From NCBI GenBank assembly GCA_035552155.1, contig DASZLX010000018.1, forward strand, positions 391,600 to 455,599: DNA of 64,000 bases, in the 5' to 3' direction. The notes below the pieces were generated by a model. That model saw nothing but the letters and a program-made list of their open reading frames with translations. It had not been told where the DNA came from and did not search any database. Source of the stretch: Verrucomicrobiia bacterium. GTDB lineage: Bacteria > Verrucomicrobiota > Verrucomicrobiia > Limisphaerales > DASXHY01. Numbering within the stretch: position 1 is the first letter of the stretch; the number at the start of each line of letters is the position of its first letter. Position numbers and translations under genes: made by a program. This document shows, in pieces, positions 9,401 to 16,021 of the stretch.

Positions 9401-10506
9401 ACGAGGGCGGTTGTAACCCGGCCAACGTGTGTTACCTCACCGGCCTCGGCTGGAAACGCCAGCGCGATGTGGTCAGCCAATACGCGCTGAATGACAAACG
9501 CCTCTCGCCGCCTTCGGGCGAGCCGGTGGGCAATGTGGAGAGCAGCTTCTCCTCGTTGTGGACTTATCCCAACAACCAGATCGAGGGATTGGTTTATCCC
9601 CAGGACAGCGGCACGACCCAATATCCGTTCTACGATCGCTGGGGTGATAGTTGGAATGTGCAGAACGAGTTCGTGATCCTGAACCAGGCGCGGTCGCTGG
9701 GCAACCTGGCGTTCCTCGCCGCGCAGACCTCGCTTAAGAACCAGGCGTGGAAATCGGTGCTCGGCCAGATCACCATCACGCCGGTGGATTCGGCGTCCGG
9801 CGCAATTAAGTTCTCGTTGTCAGCTCCCGGAGTGGACCTGAGCAGCGCGAAGATCGTGTGGGAAACCCGCGATGCGGATCCCACGATGGGCCAGACGTTC
9901 ACCTTCACTCCGAAGGTCAACGACAACCAATGGGTCGAAGCGGAAGCAACCCTGCCCGACGGGCGGCGTATTTTCGGCACGAATAGCTTCGTGGGCAGCA
10001 CGCCGAACGTTACGTGGGTGGATGATGCCGCGCCGGCGGGTTCCGAGGCGGGTTCCGACGGCGGCGATCCGTGGGATTGGAACTGGGTGAGCAGCAATCC
10101 GACTCCGCAGTCGGGGCAATTCGCGTTCCAATCGGCCATTGTGGCGGGCGAACATCAGTACCTGTTCCTCAACGCCACCGCGACCATGACGGTTCCGACG
10201 GGAGCGACGTTGTTCGCTTACATTTACATCGATCCGGCCAATCCGCCGAGCGAAGTGATGATGCAATGGAACGACGGTTCGTCGTGGGATCACCGTGCGT
10301 ATTGGGGGGCGAACAACCTCACCTACGGCACGGACGGAACGGTAAGCCGTTATAATGTCGGCGCCCTTCCGGGCACCGGCCAATGGGTGAAACTGGCGGT
10401 CCCCGCCAGCGCCGTCGGTCTCGAAGGCAAAACTCTCACCGGCATGGGCTTCACGCTCTACGGCGGACGCGCCACCTGGGATGACGTAGGCGAGACAACG
10501 AACTAA
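3460..10506 (+). CDS. Giant secreted multidomain protein with a GH9-type glycoside hydrolase module and a four-fold unassigned repeat domain (2,348 aa)
   Basis: The longest ORF starts at TTG 3211; ATG 3460 gives the signal peptide MRKTFYAILSMAVSLVAPFAGRAGN. Domain order read from the translation: FN3-like; ~350-aa alpha/beta region with an FLFGHVPVP / FAYGCGSG His-Cys pair; second FN3-like; 3 tandem ~160-aa repeats; Ig-like (AFYSGATEIG...YSVTAAATDGSG); beta-sandwich plus CelD_N-like Ig (LRFNPAIHVNQEGYMP); (alpha/alpha)6 GH9-like module (GGHHDAGDYSKY, DRWGDSWNVQNEFV); Ig-like; 4th repeat. Pro/Thr/Asn linkers separate the domains. Confidence 0.85.
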   Translation: MRKTFYAILSMAVSLVAPFAGRAGNTAEYSVQVSANVKASPAQITLTWPQDTISTPKDYLVYRRAPGSSSWGNATTLPGSTTTYVDNNVVTGVPYEYQIVKQTAGYTGYGYIYSGIDVPLTENRGTLLLVVDNTYAPQLVKELTRLQQDLVGDGWTVSRINVSRSDSPVHVKSLIKAKYNQDPANTKGVFLFGHVPVPYSGDIVPDGHYANHQGAWPCDGYYADMNGTWTDNTVDDTSAEDARNHNVPGDGKFDQSKFPAPLTLMIGRVDLANMPGRMSAGGPATFPSELELLRNYLNKDHNFRNKTISAPARAIVGDYFGVRDGEAFAASGWRNFAPLLGANKITTVAKEGTWLPTLRTNAYLFAYGCGSGSYTSIGGIGSVGRYRDGVTTELVQDDVKAVFTLLYGSWLGDWDSEDNIQRAVLATKDLGLTCSWSGRPHWFMHHMALGEPIGYSARLTQNDGFTDLYKNEQNNCESWTHIALMGDPTLRMQMVAPASDVTVADNDQGADLTWTPSSDSVAGYNVYRATNPNGPFTRLNSALVKDNTFTDANATDDSFTSAPGARPVLAMTGRTQYYYMVRAVKLEKSASGTYFNPSEGAFASARGTTANVNVANAATLVPKHPVAVKPQAKADYSMALGRDLPPTGATSVDTIWFDDTLPTGAVKDGNVDTWNWVNKSPTAESGKLAHESKISTGLHQHMFTKAKQTLKVNTGDTVYTYVYLDPANVPSEVMLQWNDGSTFYHRAYWGANNLSFTSPTAASLVYMGPLPAAGQWVRLEVPASTVGLEGVTVSGMAFSLYGGRATWDNSGKSTPVVVTTPPPDNNPTNPPPTNPTNSVSSTNDTSWVDDSVPAGAATDYSGGDTWNWVTASPSPELGTKAHQSAIASGLHQHFFNGATAPLQINTGDKLYTYVYVDPANPPTEIMLQWSDGSSWEHRAYWGANSVAWGTDNTPGLYRMGTIPTAGQWVRLEVPASNVGLEGSSVVGMAFTLYGGRVTWDNSGKSSVVATNSTSPTNSPTGTNTLGNLSVWFDDALPTGAAPDWNVDTWNWTSTSPNPESGTRAHQSAIAAGLHQHFFTSASQTMSVATGDILYTYVYIDPANVPSELMLQWNDGASWEHRAYWGGNSINMGTDGTTGRHYMGPMPATGQWVQLQVPASAVALEGSTVSGMAFTLNDGRVTWDNTGKGTLVSSSPGNPSDPGNPTNNPPPVTNSPLAIALSHPADNTTYAAPVTMTLRATTSGGSGTISKVAFYSGATEIGEATGSPYSFNWSNVGAGTYSVTAAATDGSGATVLSTPVQIVITNAVIIGTNPPPPDTNLPPATNNLTGPGNWLHAASADDVACLIPQPGDYTLHVLTPTLLELKTINSAASGSLTPSTLNLVSSSYSFLAPSTGLFGVTVNGKAVAVTSVGFKRRPLYAPLYKFDLRVDNNVYLQLASPISDNDVIKVTNPSGALWNASTTYSATADPLRFNPAIHVNQEGYMPNYSKKAMIGYWAGSMGEVSLPVSSGFTLVDANSGATVFSGTLAQRLDSGWNYSPAPYQKVYEADFTSFTTPGQYRLVVPGMGASLPFNITDGIAMAFARTYALGLYNQRCGTSVSLPWSRYTHDACHTAAATIPWPPQNYAWTWQTIDNYGTIVNPDNPTQTAPKINENTLLFPYVNQGKVDVSGGHHDAGDYSKYMTDSAAVVHALMFAVDSLPGVAQLDNMGIPESGDGVSDVMQEAKWEADYIAKMQDADGGFYFIVYPTTREYESDVTPDHGDPQIVWPKTSTATAAAVAALAQCASSPAFKAAYPQVAASYLAKAKLGWTFLTNAIAKYGKNGIYQKITHYGDTFADQDELAWAACEMFLATGDQGIHQTLMSWFDPSSSATWRWGWWHMPESYGNAIRSYAFAARSGRLQANQLNSAYLAKCQAEIAAAGDMQLGFAQASAYGTSFPTQTKAVQGAGWYFSQDQAFDMTVAYQLNPKTDYMTAILENMNYEGGCNPANVCYLTGLGWKRQRDVVSQYALNDKRLSPPSGEPVGNVESSFSSLWTYPNNQIEGLVYPQDSGTTQYPFYDRWGDSWNVQNEFVILNQARSLGNLAFLAAQTSLKNQAWKSVLGQITITPVDSASGAIKFSLSAPGVDLSSAKIVWETRDADPTMGQTFTFTPKVNDNQWVEAEATLPDGRRIFGTNSFVGSTPNVTWVDDAAPAGSEAGSDGGDPWDWNWVSSNPTPQSGQFAFQSAIVAGEHQYLFLNATATMTVPTGATLFAYIYIDPANPPSEVMMQWNDGSSWDHRAYWGANNLTYGTDGTVSRYNVGALPGTGQWVKLAVPASAVGLEGKTLTGMGFTLYGGRATWDDVGETTN
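5419..7023 (+). repeat. Three tandem coding copies of a ~160-aa unassigned domain (5419-5898, 5992-6474, 6541-7023)
   Basis: The copies align by eye. Conserved blocks are W(F/V)DD..P.GA, (D)TWNW, AH(Q/E)S, GLHQH.F, LYTYVY.DPAN.P(S/T)E.MLQW.DGS, HRAYWG.N, GQWV.L.VPAS.V.LEG, GMAF.L..GR.TWDN.GK. The period is about 550-575 nt and the DNA copies differ at many wobble positions. Confidence 0.85.
10009..10503 (+). repeat. Fourth, C-terminal copy of the same ~160-aa domain
   Basis: VTWVDDAAPAGS...PWDWNWV...FQSAIVAGEHQYLF...LFAYIYIDPANPPSEVMMQWNDGSSWDHRAYWGANN...GQWVKLAVPASAVGLEG...GMGFTLYGGRATWDD. Confidence 0.85.
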
Positions 10507-10530
10507 GTTCGTCTTAAAATTATAAACGCA

Positions 10531-10562
10531 AAGCGGCGGTCGAAAGACCGCCGCTTTTTTTT
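10531..10562 (+). terminator. Intrinsic terminator of the giant GH9-like gene
   Basis: aagcggcggtc-gaaa-gaccgccgctt: an 11-bp perfect stem and GAAA loop followed by a T8 run. It starts 25 nt after the stop codon, in a convergent gap. Confidence 0.8.
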
Positions 10563-10582
10563 GATCTGTCATCCCCGTTCCG

Positions 10583-11338
10583 TCATTTACTCTCTGCCAC
10601 GGAAATCGTCTTCACCTGCCGCTTTTTAAGATAAGCGATGAGCGAACGCGTGATGGGAAAATCGAGGTAATTGTGCAGCAGGCGCCATTGCCAGCGGTCC
10701 TTGAATGCGTGGATGAGGAAGGCGCACATCATCAGCCGGTTTTCGACGCGCTCAAAAAATGTGTTCTGCGCCACCTTCTCACCGTGGACGATGGATCTGA
10801 CAAAACGCACCTTGCGGAAATGGCGCGATTTGAAAACGTCCTCGCACATGACGCGCAATACGCCGGGCCAGCACGTGGTGTCGTGAAACGCCATGTGGCC
10901 GTGCTCGACGACTTTCGGGAACCAGGAGTCGAAATCGATTTTCACACCTTCGTACTCGTGGAGGCCGTCGATGAAAATAAGTTCGACCGGTTGATCAAAT
11001 CTTTTGGCTACCGCATCGGAAAAATCCACGTGCGGCTCAACCATGTTCGTCATGCCGGCGTTTTCGATGTTGCGGCGGAATTCATCAAACGTCCAGACGA
11101 CGCCGAATTGTTTGGAATGCTCCGGCGAACCCGTATGGGGATCGATGGCATTGATTTTTGCCTTGCCGCCCGCGAGCGAACCGCGCGCGAGGCAGATGGT
11201 TGATTTTCCCTTCCAGGAGCCGATTTCCACGATGGCGCCACGCGCCTTGCATTCGCTCGCCAGCCGGTACAACAGGCGGGCTTCCTTCGGATGCAGCCAT
11301 CCATCCACACTGGTCAAAACATCTTCAATAGTTTGCAT
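10583..11338 (-). CDS. Class I SAM-dependent methyltransferase (Methyltransf_24 / O-methyltransferase-like)
   Basis: ORF 10583-11377 starts at TTG; ATG 11338 (MQTIEDVL...) is more likely. Motifs: LLYRLASECKARGAIVEIGSWKGKST (SAM-binding G-x-G-like loop) and IFIDGLHEYEGV. Confidence 0.7.
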   Translation of the reverse strand: MQTIEDVLTSVDGWLHPKEARLLYRLASECKARGAIVEIGSWKGKSTICLARGSLAGGKAKINAIDPHTGSPEHSKQFGVVWTFDEFRRNIENAGMTNMVEPHVDFSDAVAKRFDQPVELIFIDGLHEYEGVKIDFDSWFPKVVEHGHMAFHDTTCWPGVLRVMCEDVFKSRHFRKVRFVRSIVHGEKVAQNTFFERVENRLMMCAFLIHAFKDRWQWRLLHNYLDFPITRSLIAYLKKRQVKTISVAESK

Positions 11339-11422
11339 AAATATTTTCCGGAATTCAGAAGGGATGCTAGCGACCAACTCCTTGCGTTGAAATGGGGTGA
11401 TAGACCTAACAGCGGAAATACC

Positions 11423-11517
11423 GGAGATAACCGAGGAAACTGAGAAAGGAATTCCCGTATGAAAGCAGATGCCGACACATTACGAATAACTCGGCCTCCG
11501 TTTCCTCGGTTATCTCC
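11423..11517. repeat. 18-bp perfect inverted repeat with a 59-nt spacer (long hairpin / REP-like element)
   Basis: ggagataaccgaggaaac (11423-11440) is the exact reverse complement of gtttcctcggttatctcc (11500-11517). It lies in the gap between the OMP terminator and the methyltransferase start. Confidence 0.6.
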
Positions 11518-11524
11518 TGTTCCA

Positions 11525-11556
11525 ACAAAAAACGCCGGGAAAAAATTCCCGGCGTT
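11525..11556 (-). terminator. Intrinsic terminator of the OMP gene
   Basis: Stem aacgccggga / tcccggcgtt (10 bp, 11531-11540 and 11547-11556). On the minus-strand RNA it is followed by a U-run (complement of the A-run at 11525-11530). It lies 21 nt downstream of the stop at 11577. Confidence 0.7.
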
Positions 11557-11576
11557 TGACACAACCCATTTAACGA

Positions 11577-12173
11577 CTAGAACACAAATCGGAATCCGGC
11601 GCGGAACAGGATTTCGTCGGAAGTGTGTTTCACCCAGGTATAGCGGGCATCAGCAAAAATGCCGGTAACCGGATTGAATCGGTATTCCATGCCTACGCCG
11701 GCATGGCCGGTCCATTCCCAAGCCGGATCCGTCTGCCGTCCGCCGCCGCCGAAGAGATACGGCGCCAGGCCCGAGTTTCCGATGGGGAAACGCGCAATCA
11801 AACTTCCATTGACGTTATTGATGAAATTTCCGCCGCCGTCATCCGGGATATCGGCGTCGGCGCCGATGCCGATGTTACGCGTGAAGAAATAATTTGCGCC
11901 CACGCCGCCGCCCCAGAAGCCGTGGCGGATGTTGGTTTTGAACAGGTCTTCAGCCCGGCGCTCCCCGGCAAGATAACTGGCAAAAAAGTCCAGACTGAGT
12001 TCGTTGGCCGTGTAGCGATCGCCGTTATTGTAAACCCAATGATTGCCCCACCAGGCGTGGGGATCGTTCCACACGTGCGTCGTGGTGGTCGTTTCCGTCA
12101 CGGTGGTCTGCGCCATTCCTGCGCCCGCGGTTAACAACACGGCTGCCGTCAATGCAACGAGTTTTATTTTCAT
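11577..12173 (-). CDS. Outer-membrane beta-barrel protein (OmpW/porin-family-like)
   Basis: Signal peptide MKIKLVALTAAVLLTAGAGMAQ, alternating aromatic/Gly beta-strand pattern, and a C-terminal ...RAGFRFVF ending in Phe, the typical OMP signature. Confidence 0.7.
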   Translation of the reverse strand: MKIKLVALTAAVLLTAGAGMAQTTVTETTTTTHVWNDPHAWWGNHWVYNNGDRYTANELSLDFFASYLAGERRAEDLFKTNIRHGFWGGGVGANYFFTRNIGIGADADIPDDGGGNFINNVNGSLIARFPIGNSGLAPYLFGGGGRQTDPAWEWTGHAGVGMEYRFNPVTGIFADARYTWVKHTSDEILFRAGFRFVF

Positions 12174-12327
12174 AGTTTAATTTTTTACCTTGTTCGACTG
12201 AACGATGTTTTTGTCGTCCTACGCTAGTTTTGGCCTCTCCCTCCCGCCATAGGGTCTTCCCCGCTGTGGGACGGAGATAGGGCGCGGGGGTATTTTACCC
12301 CATGCAGACGGTCTCCGTATTTGAAAC

Positions 12328-12368
12328 GTTTTCGGCGAGAGGCCGAAAACTGCACGCGGGCCGCGTGC
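12328..12368 (-). terminator. Tandem hairpins downstream of the small basic protein gene (possible terminator)
   Basis: gttttcggc-gagag-gccgaaaac (12328-12350) and gcacgc...gcgtgc (12352-12368). On the minus strand the second hairpin is followed by GUUUCAAA, so the U-tract is weak. Confidence 0.4.
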
Positions 12369-12376
12369 GGTCGGGC

Positions 12377-12538
12377 TTATTTCTTTTTCTTCTGCGCGCG
12401 CTTCTTCATTACGGTGCGGGCGGCGACTTCCTTGGCGCGCTTGCCGTAACGGCCGGATTTTTTGGCGGACTTTTTGATGCGTTCGTACTGGCGTTGTTCT
12501 TTCGAACTCGCCCCCCGGAGGTGTTTTTTACCTGGCAT
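12377..12538 (-). CDS. Small lysine-rich basic protein (conserved hypothetical, 53 aa)
   Basis: MPGKKHLRGASSKEQRQYERIKKSAKKSGRYGKRAKEVAARTVMKKRAQKKKK. The track ORF extends to a TTG at 12631 that overlaps the upstream stop (TTGA), so the longer form cannot be excluded. Confidence 0.55.
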   Translation of the reverse strand: MPGKKHLRGASSKEQRQYERIKKSAKKSGRYGKRAKEVAARTVMKKRAQKKKK

Positions 12539-12627
12539 AATCTCTAAATTGAGTTCAAGAACTACGGCCTGCTGAAGCGTCGCCGCCGGGCCGTTCCGGG
12601 CTGCCCCGCCCTGGCCGTGTTCATGGC

Positions 12628-12969
12628 TCAAAGTCGTTTGGAAAGATATTCTTCAGCGGCGGTCTGATTCGATTCTCTTTTGCCAGCTGAAAATCTTCCA
12701 AATAAGGGGGAAACTCGTTGGTAGGTTTTCCAGCCGAGAAATACCAGCGAACCGATGCGCTTCAGGGAAAAGCCGCCCTTGCGACGAAAAAGTCCGCTCA
12801 ATACTGGCAGCGAGGACATCAGGAGCGGCACGTAATTGCTGACGGAGGTTAAACGCCGCTTGGTCCGCATGCCGTACACTTTGAAGGTTTGCAGTTCCAG
12901 CTTGAGCAATTGCCGGTAGACCTCGCTCTCGGCGGCCAGTAATTTTTTCTTTTCCGCGAATTTGCTCAT
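12628..12969 (-). CDS. YqjK-like protein
   Basis: N-terminal coiled-coil MSKFAEKKKLLAAESEVYRQLLKLEL followed by a hydrophobic segment. Its position and 4-nt overlap after the YqjE-like gene mirror the yqjD-yqjE-yqjK arrangement. Confidence 0.55.
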   Translation of the reverse strand: MSKFAEKKKLLAAESEVYRQLLKLELQTFKVYGMRTKRRLTSVSNYVPLLMSSLPVLSGLFRRKGGFSLKRIGSLVFLGWKTYQRVSPLFGRFSAGKRESNQTAAEEYLSKRL

Positions 12970-13349
12970 TTGAACGCGTCCAGAAGTTCCGCGTCTTTTT
13001 TGATCTGGTTCACCGACTCGGCGAAGGGGGATTGTTTAAGCAGCCCTTTGACGGCCAATCCAGCTCCGGCCGCGCCAGCCAGATAAAGTATGGCGAACCC
13101 GAGCACGGCCCAAACCCGGTATTCCGGCGGCACCAGAAAAATGATCAGGGCGGTTATGAGAAGAATCGACATCATGGCGAGGAACAACCCAATGACACCG
13201 AACGCCACCATCCTCATCAACCGGTCATTTTCCTCCTCGAACTCGAGGGCGAAAAGTTCGGCGCGGTTCTCCACGGCGCCAATGCACGTGGCAAGTGTGC
13301 GGCGGGCCAAACGCCCTAAAGTCGGCAGCTGATGGTCGGTGTCGATCAT
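12966..13349 (-). CDS. YqjE-like membrane protein (annotated in databases as 'phage holin family'/DUF1469)
   Basis: VENRAELFALEFEEENDRL followed by two TM helices (MVAFGVIGLFLAMMSILLITALIIFLV; WAVLGFAILYLAGAAGAGLAV). ATGA overlaps on both sides. Confidence 0.65.
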   Translation of the reverse strand: MIDTDHQLPTLGRLARRTLATCIGAVENRAELFALEFEEENDRLMRMVAFGVIGLFLAMMSILLITALIIFLVPPEYRVWAVLGFAILYLAGAAGAGLAVKGLLKQSPFAESVNQIKKDAELLDAFK

Positions 13350-13660
13350 TTTCTGCGCGCTGCCAGCAATCCCAGAAGCATTCCGATGCCAAAAGCGGCG
13401 CCAATGGCCTGGTAGGGATTGCTGCGAATATAGGTGTCAGCCACCTTCGCTCCCGCAACCGCCCGCTCCTGCAAACGACGCTGGGTTTCCTTGGCGATTT
13501 CGAGCGCAGCCATTAGTTTCTCGCGCGCGGCCGAACCGCGTTCGCCCAATTCCTCCGCGCCGGCGCGCAATAATTCCTCGCCGTCGCTCACGACTTCTTT
13601 TAAATCCTGGAGTAATTTTTCGGTTGATTCTTCAATGTCGGATGTAGATCGAGTTTCCAT
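13346..13660 (-). CDS. DUF883 family (YqjD/ElaB/YgaM-like) membrane-anchored stress protein
   Basis: Helical N-terminal region and the C-terminal signature YIRSNPYQAIGAAFGIGMLLGLLAARRK. Confidence 0.8.
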   Translation of the reverse strand: METRSTSDIEESTEKLLQDLKEVVSDGEELLRAGAEELGERGSAAREKLMAALEIAKETQRRLQERAVAGAKVADTYIRSNPYQAIGAAFGIGMLLGLLAARRK

Positions 13661-13823
13661 AAATGCTTTAGTTTTTTCTTGGATGAGACGTGCTGAAGCA
13701 TGTCCAAGTTCGTGAAAAGAATACTGCCGCGCAGGCTGATGGGTATATGGGGTCTTACCCCAAAATTGATTTTAAAAAGGCCGGATTTGAGCTTTCCAGC
13801 TCAAGGCGCGCGCGCATTCCTGG

Positions 13824-14312
13824 TTAACTTTCGGAATGACTGTGGTCGACGTGCTTGCGTTTCACATCCGGTGTTCCGAGGTCGGACTTGCCGCTGCGCA
13901 GATCATCGACGGCCTGCCGGGCAAGCTTCGTGTAACATTGTTTGATGTCATCCAGTTCCGTTTCCGAGAGCTCCTCGATTTCCAACAATGCGTTGTGAGC
14001 GCCGCGCGTGGAGCGCAGCAGTTCGTCGAGTTTCAACTGCACCGCCTCGCTGTCGCGGTTTTGTGTATTTTGAATCAGGAAGACCATCAGGAAGGTCACA
14101 ATTGTCGTGGCGGTGTTGACCACCAGTTGCCAGGTGTCGCTGAAATGAAAAATAGGGCCCGTCACCAGCCAGATTACGATGAACAAAGCTGCCAGGGCGA
14201 AGGCAATGGGGCGGCCGGTCCAGCGGGCGCTGGAACGGGCGAATTTTCTGAACCCTCCCTTTTGTTTTCGAGGTTTCGAACGGCCGTTTTTTTGATGATG
14301 GGATTGCCGCAT
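13824..14312 (-). CDS. Low-affinity iron permease family protein (PF04120-like)
   Basis: TFLMVFLIQNTQNRDSEAVQLKLDELLRS is the family signature, preceded by a TM helix (IAFALAALFIVIWLVTGPIF). Confidence 0.75.
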   Translation of the reverse strand: MRQSHHQKNGRSKPRKQKGGFRKFARSSARWTGRPIAFALAALFIVIWLVTGPIFHFSDTWQLVVNTATTIVTFLMVFLIQNTQNRDSEAVQLKLDELLRSTRGAHNALLEIEELSETELDDIKQCYTKLARQAVDDLRSGKSDLGTPDVKRKHVDHSHSES

Positions 14313-14486
14313 AAAGCAAGGCTGCGCCCCTAACTTCCCTTAAATCGCCATCTGCGCCTATGGGGATTTTCCCGTGCCGATCGAGACGCATGAAAGGAGG
14401 TTTTATTCACGTTTTTTCAAAGAAAAATTGTGAAAAAAGTGGCCCGTGGTTCAATACAATCGCCGCCCTGCCGTCTATATTAGTAT

Positions 14487-14876
14487 ATGAAAAAATTGCT
14501 ATTGCTATCCGCCGTATTGCTGGGTGCGGCCACCGCCTCGCAAGCCGGCGTTCGTTTCAACCTCGGCATTGGAATTCCCCTGCCGACACCGCCGGCTGTA
14601 GTGGTAACGCCTCCGGAATACGCCGCGCCAGCTCCGACATACGTCGAGCCCGCGCCGCAAGTCTATGCGCCCGCTCCACAGGTGTACGCACCGGCGCCGC
14701 AGGTTTACGTGGCTCCGCCAGTCGTGGTTTCCCCGCGGGTGATACTGCGTCCGCCGGTCATTGATTTCCGGGTGCGCCATGAGCCTTACTGGCAACATTT
14801 CCGCGACCAATTCAATCGCGCGCATGACCATGATCGCGATTGGCATCGGGGCTACGACCACGGGCGTCGTTGGTAA
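14487..14876 (+). CDS. Secreted proline-rich repeat protein (hypothetical)
   Basis: Signal peptide MKKLLLLSAVLLGAATASQA, then PAPQVYA x3 (14649-14711) inside a longer Pro-rich stretch, and a His/Arg/Asp-rich tail (HDHDRDWHRGYDHGRRW). Confidence 0.65.
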   Translation: MKKLLLLSAVLLGAATASQAGVRFNLGIGIPLPTPPAVVVTPPEYAAPAPTYVEPAPQVYAPAPQVYAPAPQVYVAPPVVVSPRVILRPPVIDFRVRHEPYWQHFRDQFNRAHDHDRDWHRGYDHGRRW

Positions 14877-14900
14877 ACGGAATTAAGAAGTTCAACCACA

Positions 14901-14932
14901 CAAGGCAGCGGTCATCCGCTGCCTTGTTTTTT
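14901..14932 (+). terminator. Intrinsic terminator of the Pro-rich protein gene
   Basis: caaggcagcgg-tcat-ccgctgccttg (11-bp stem) followed by T6. The hairpin overlaps the stop codon and last codons of the convergent reductase gene. Confidence 0.75.
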
Positions 14933-15919
14933 CGAGGATTTATGAGGCCGGGTGCGCAACCGCACCCGGGACTGCGCTGGCTTCCCCTTCGCGGACGAGG
15001 TTAGACTTTTTGTCAAACTCTCTTCGAACAAGTTGCGGTTGATCGCTTGAGCGGCGGTGGCGCCCTGCCCGGCGGCGATGATCATCTGGCAATTGGCCGG
15101 AGTGACGCAACCGGCCGCATAGAGGCCGGGCACGGTCGTCCGCATATCCAGCCGAATCACAATTTCCCCCGCCCGATTCAACCTGGCACCAAGTGCTTCG
15201 GCGAGTTTGCTGAAATAAATATCTCCCCGGGTGGTGAACAAAGCTTCGAGGCAAACTTGCTTGCCGCCATCAAACGCCAGCGCCTGGATTTGTCCTCCAC
15301 AATGGCTAACGTGGCAAATGGCCTGCCGATAAACCGGGATACCACGCGTACGAATCCAGTTGCGGTGCCGCCGGCTCCAGCGCGGCTTGCGGCCATTCGT
15401 CAAAATGGCGACGTGGTTTGAATAGGTCAGCATGGCGAGCGCGTACTCCACGGTTTCATTGGTCCAGCCGTAGATGCCAATGTTTCGGTTGCTGACCCGA
15501 TAGCCATCGCAGTCCTTGCAAAAAAACATGCTGTGGCCCAGGCACGGTTGAACGCCCGCGATGTCTGGCGGCACGTGAAAAATGCCGGTGGCCAACAGTA
15601 AACGGTGGCAGGAGTAATTGTCTTTTCGCCCGCGGAGGGAAAAATTATTCCCGTGCGCCTTTGCCGAAACGATTTCATCGCGCACAAACCGCACCCGATA
15701 CCGCCGGGCTTGTTCGCGCGCGCGCCGGAGCAATTCCGAGCCCGCAATGCCGCCGGGGAAGCCGAGATAATTTTGCACGTCCGGCTCCCATCGCGCCATG
15801 GACCGGCCGGAATCCACGACCAGCGTCTCGCGTTTGGCGCGCCCGAGGTAAATGGCGGCGGAAAGGCCGGCAATTCCACCGCCGATGATGATGACTTCTG
15901 CCTTGGTGACGCGGCTCAT
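14912..15919 (-). CDS. Thioredoxin-reductase-like FAD/NAD(P)-dependent oxidoreductase
   Basis: ATG 15919 gives MSRVTKAEVIIIGGGIAGLSAA (FAD GxGxxG). There is a redox-type CKDCDG motif (compare the TrxB CATCDG), a second dinucleotide fold IGIYGW, and GLYAAGCV near the C-terminus. The basic C-terminal tail is atypical. Confidence 0.7.
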   Translation of the reverse strand: MSRVTKAEVIIIGGGIAGLSAAIYLGRAKRETLVVDSGRSMARWEPDVQNYLGFPGGIAGSELLRRAREQARRYRVRFVRDEIVSAKAHGNNFSLRGRKDNYSCHRLLLATGIFHVPPDIAGVQPCLGHSMFFCKDCDGYRVSNRNIGIYGWTNETVEYALAMLTYSNHVAILTNGRKPRWSRRHRNWIRTRGIPVYRQAICHVSHCGGQIQALAFDGGKQVCLEALFTTRGDIYFSKLAEALGARLNRAGEIVIRLDMRTTVPGLYAAGCVTPANCQMIIAAGQGATAAQAINRNLFEESLTKSLTSSAKGKPAQSRVRLRTRPHKSSKKQGSG

Positions 15920-16021
15920 ATCAAAATACAAACGAACGGCAACCGGCCTTTCGACCGATTGCCGTCCTGTCAGGAGGATACCGCACCGGGTTGGATGGCC
16001 GGAATCAACCTGAAATTAAGT

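Noticed and set aside
5017-10572. Minus-strand ORFs inside the giant gene (5017-5784, 7774-8529, 8818-9621, 9630-10139, 9820-10572)
   Set aside because: All are antisense to a continuous 7-kb frame with strong domain signatures, and their composition is shadow-like. The same applies to 18779-19393, 19463-20227 and 20291-21034 in the GH9 paralogue, to 22417-23220, and to 51829-52422 and 52628-53368 in the kinase/regulator genes.
12966-13349. 'Phage holin family' protein as a sign of a prophage or lysis cassette
   Set aside because: There are no endolysin, spanin, terminase, capsid or integrase genes nearby. The gene sits in a yqjD-yqjE-yqjK-like trio with 4-nt overlaps, which is a chromosomal stress operon arrangement.
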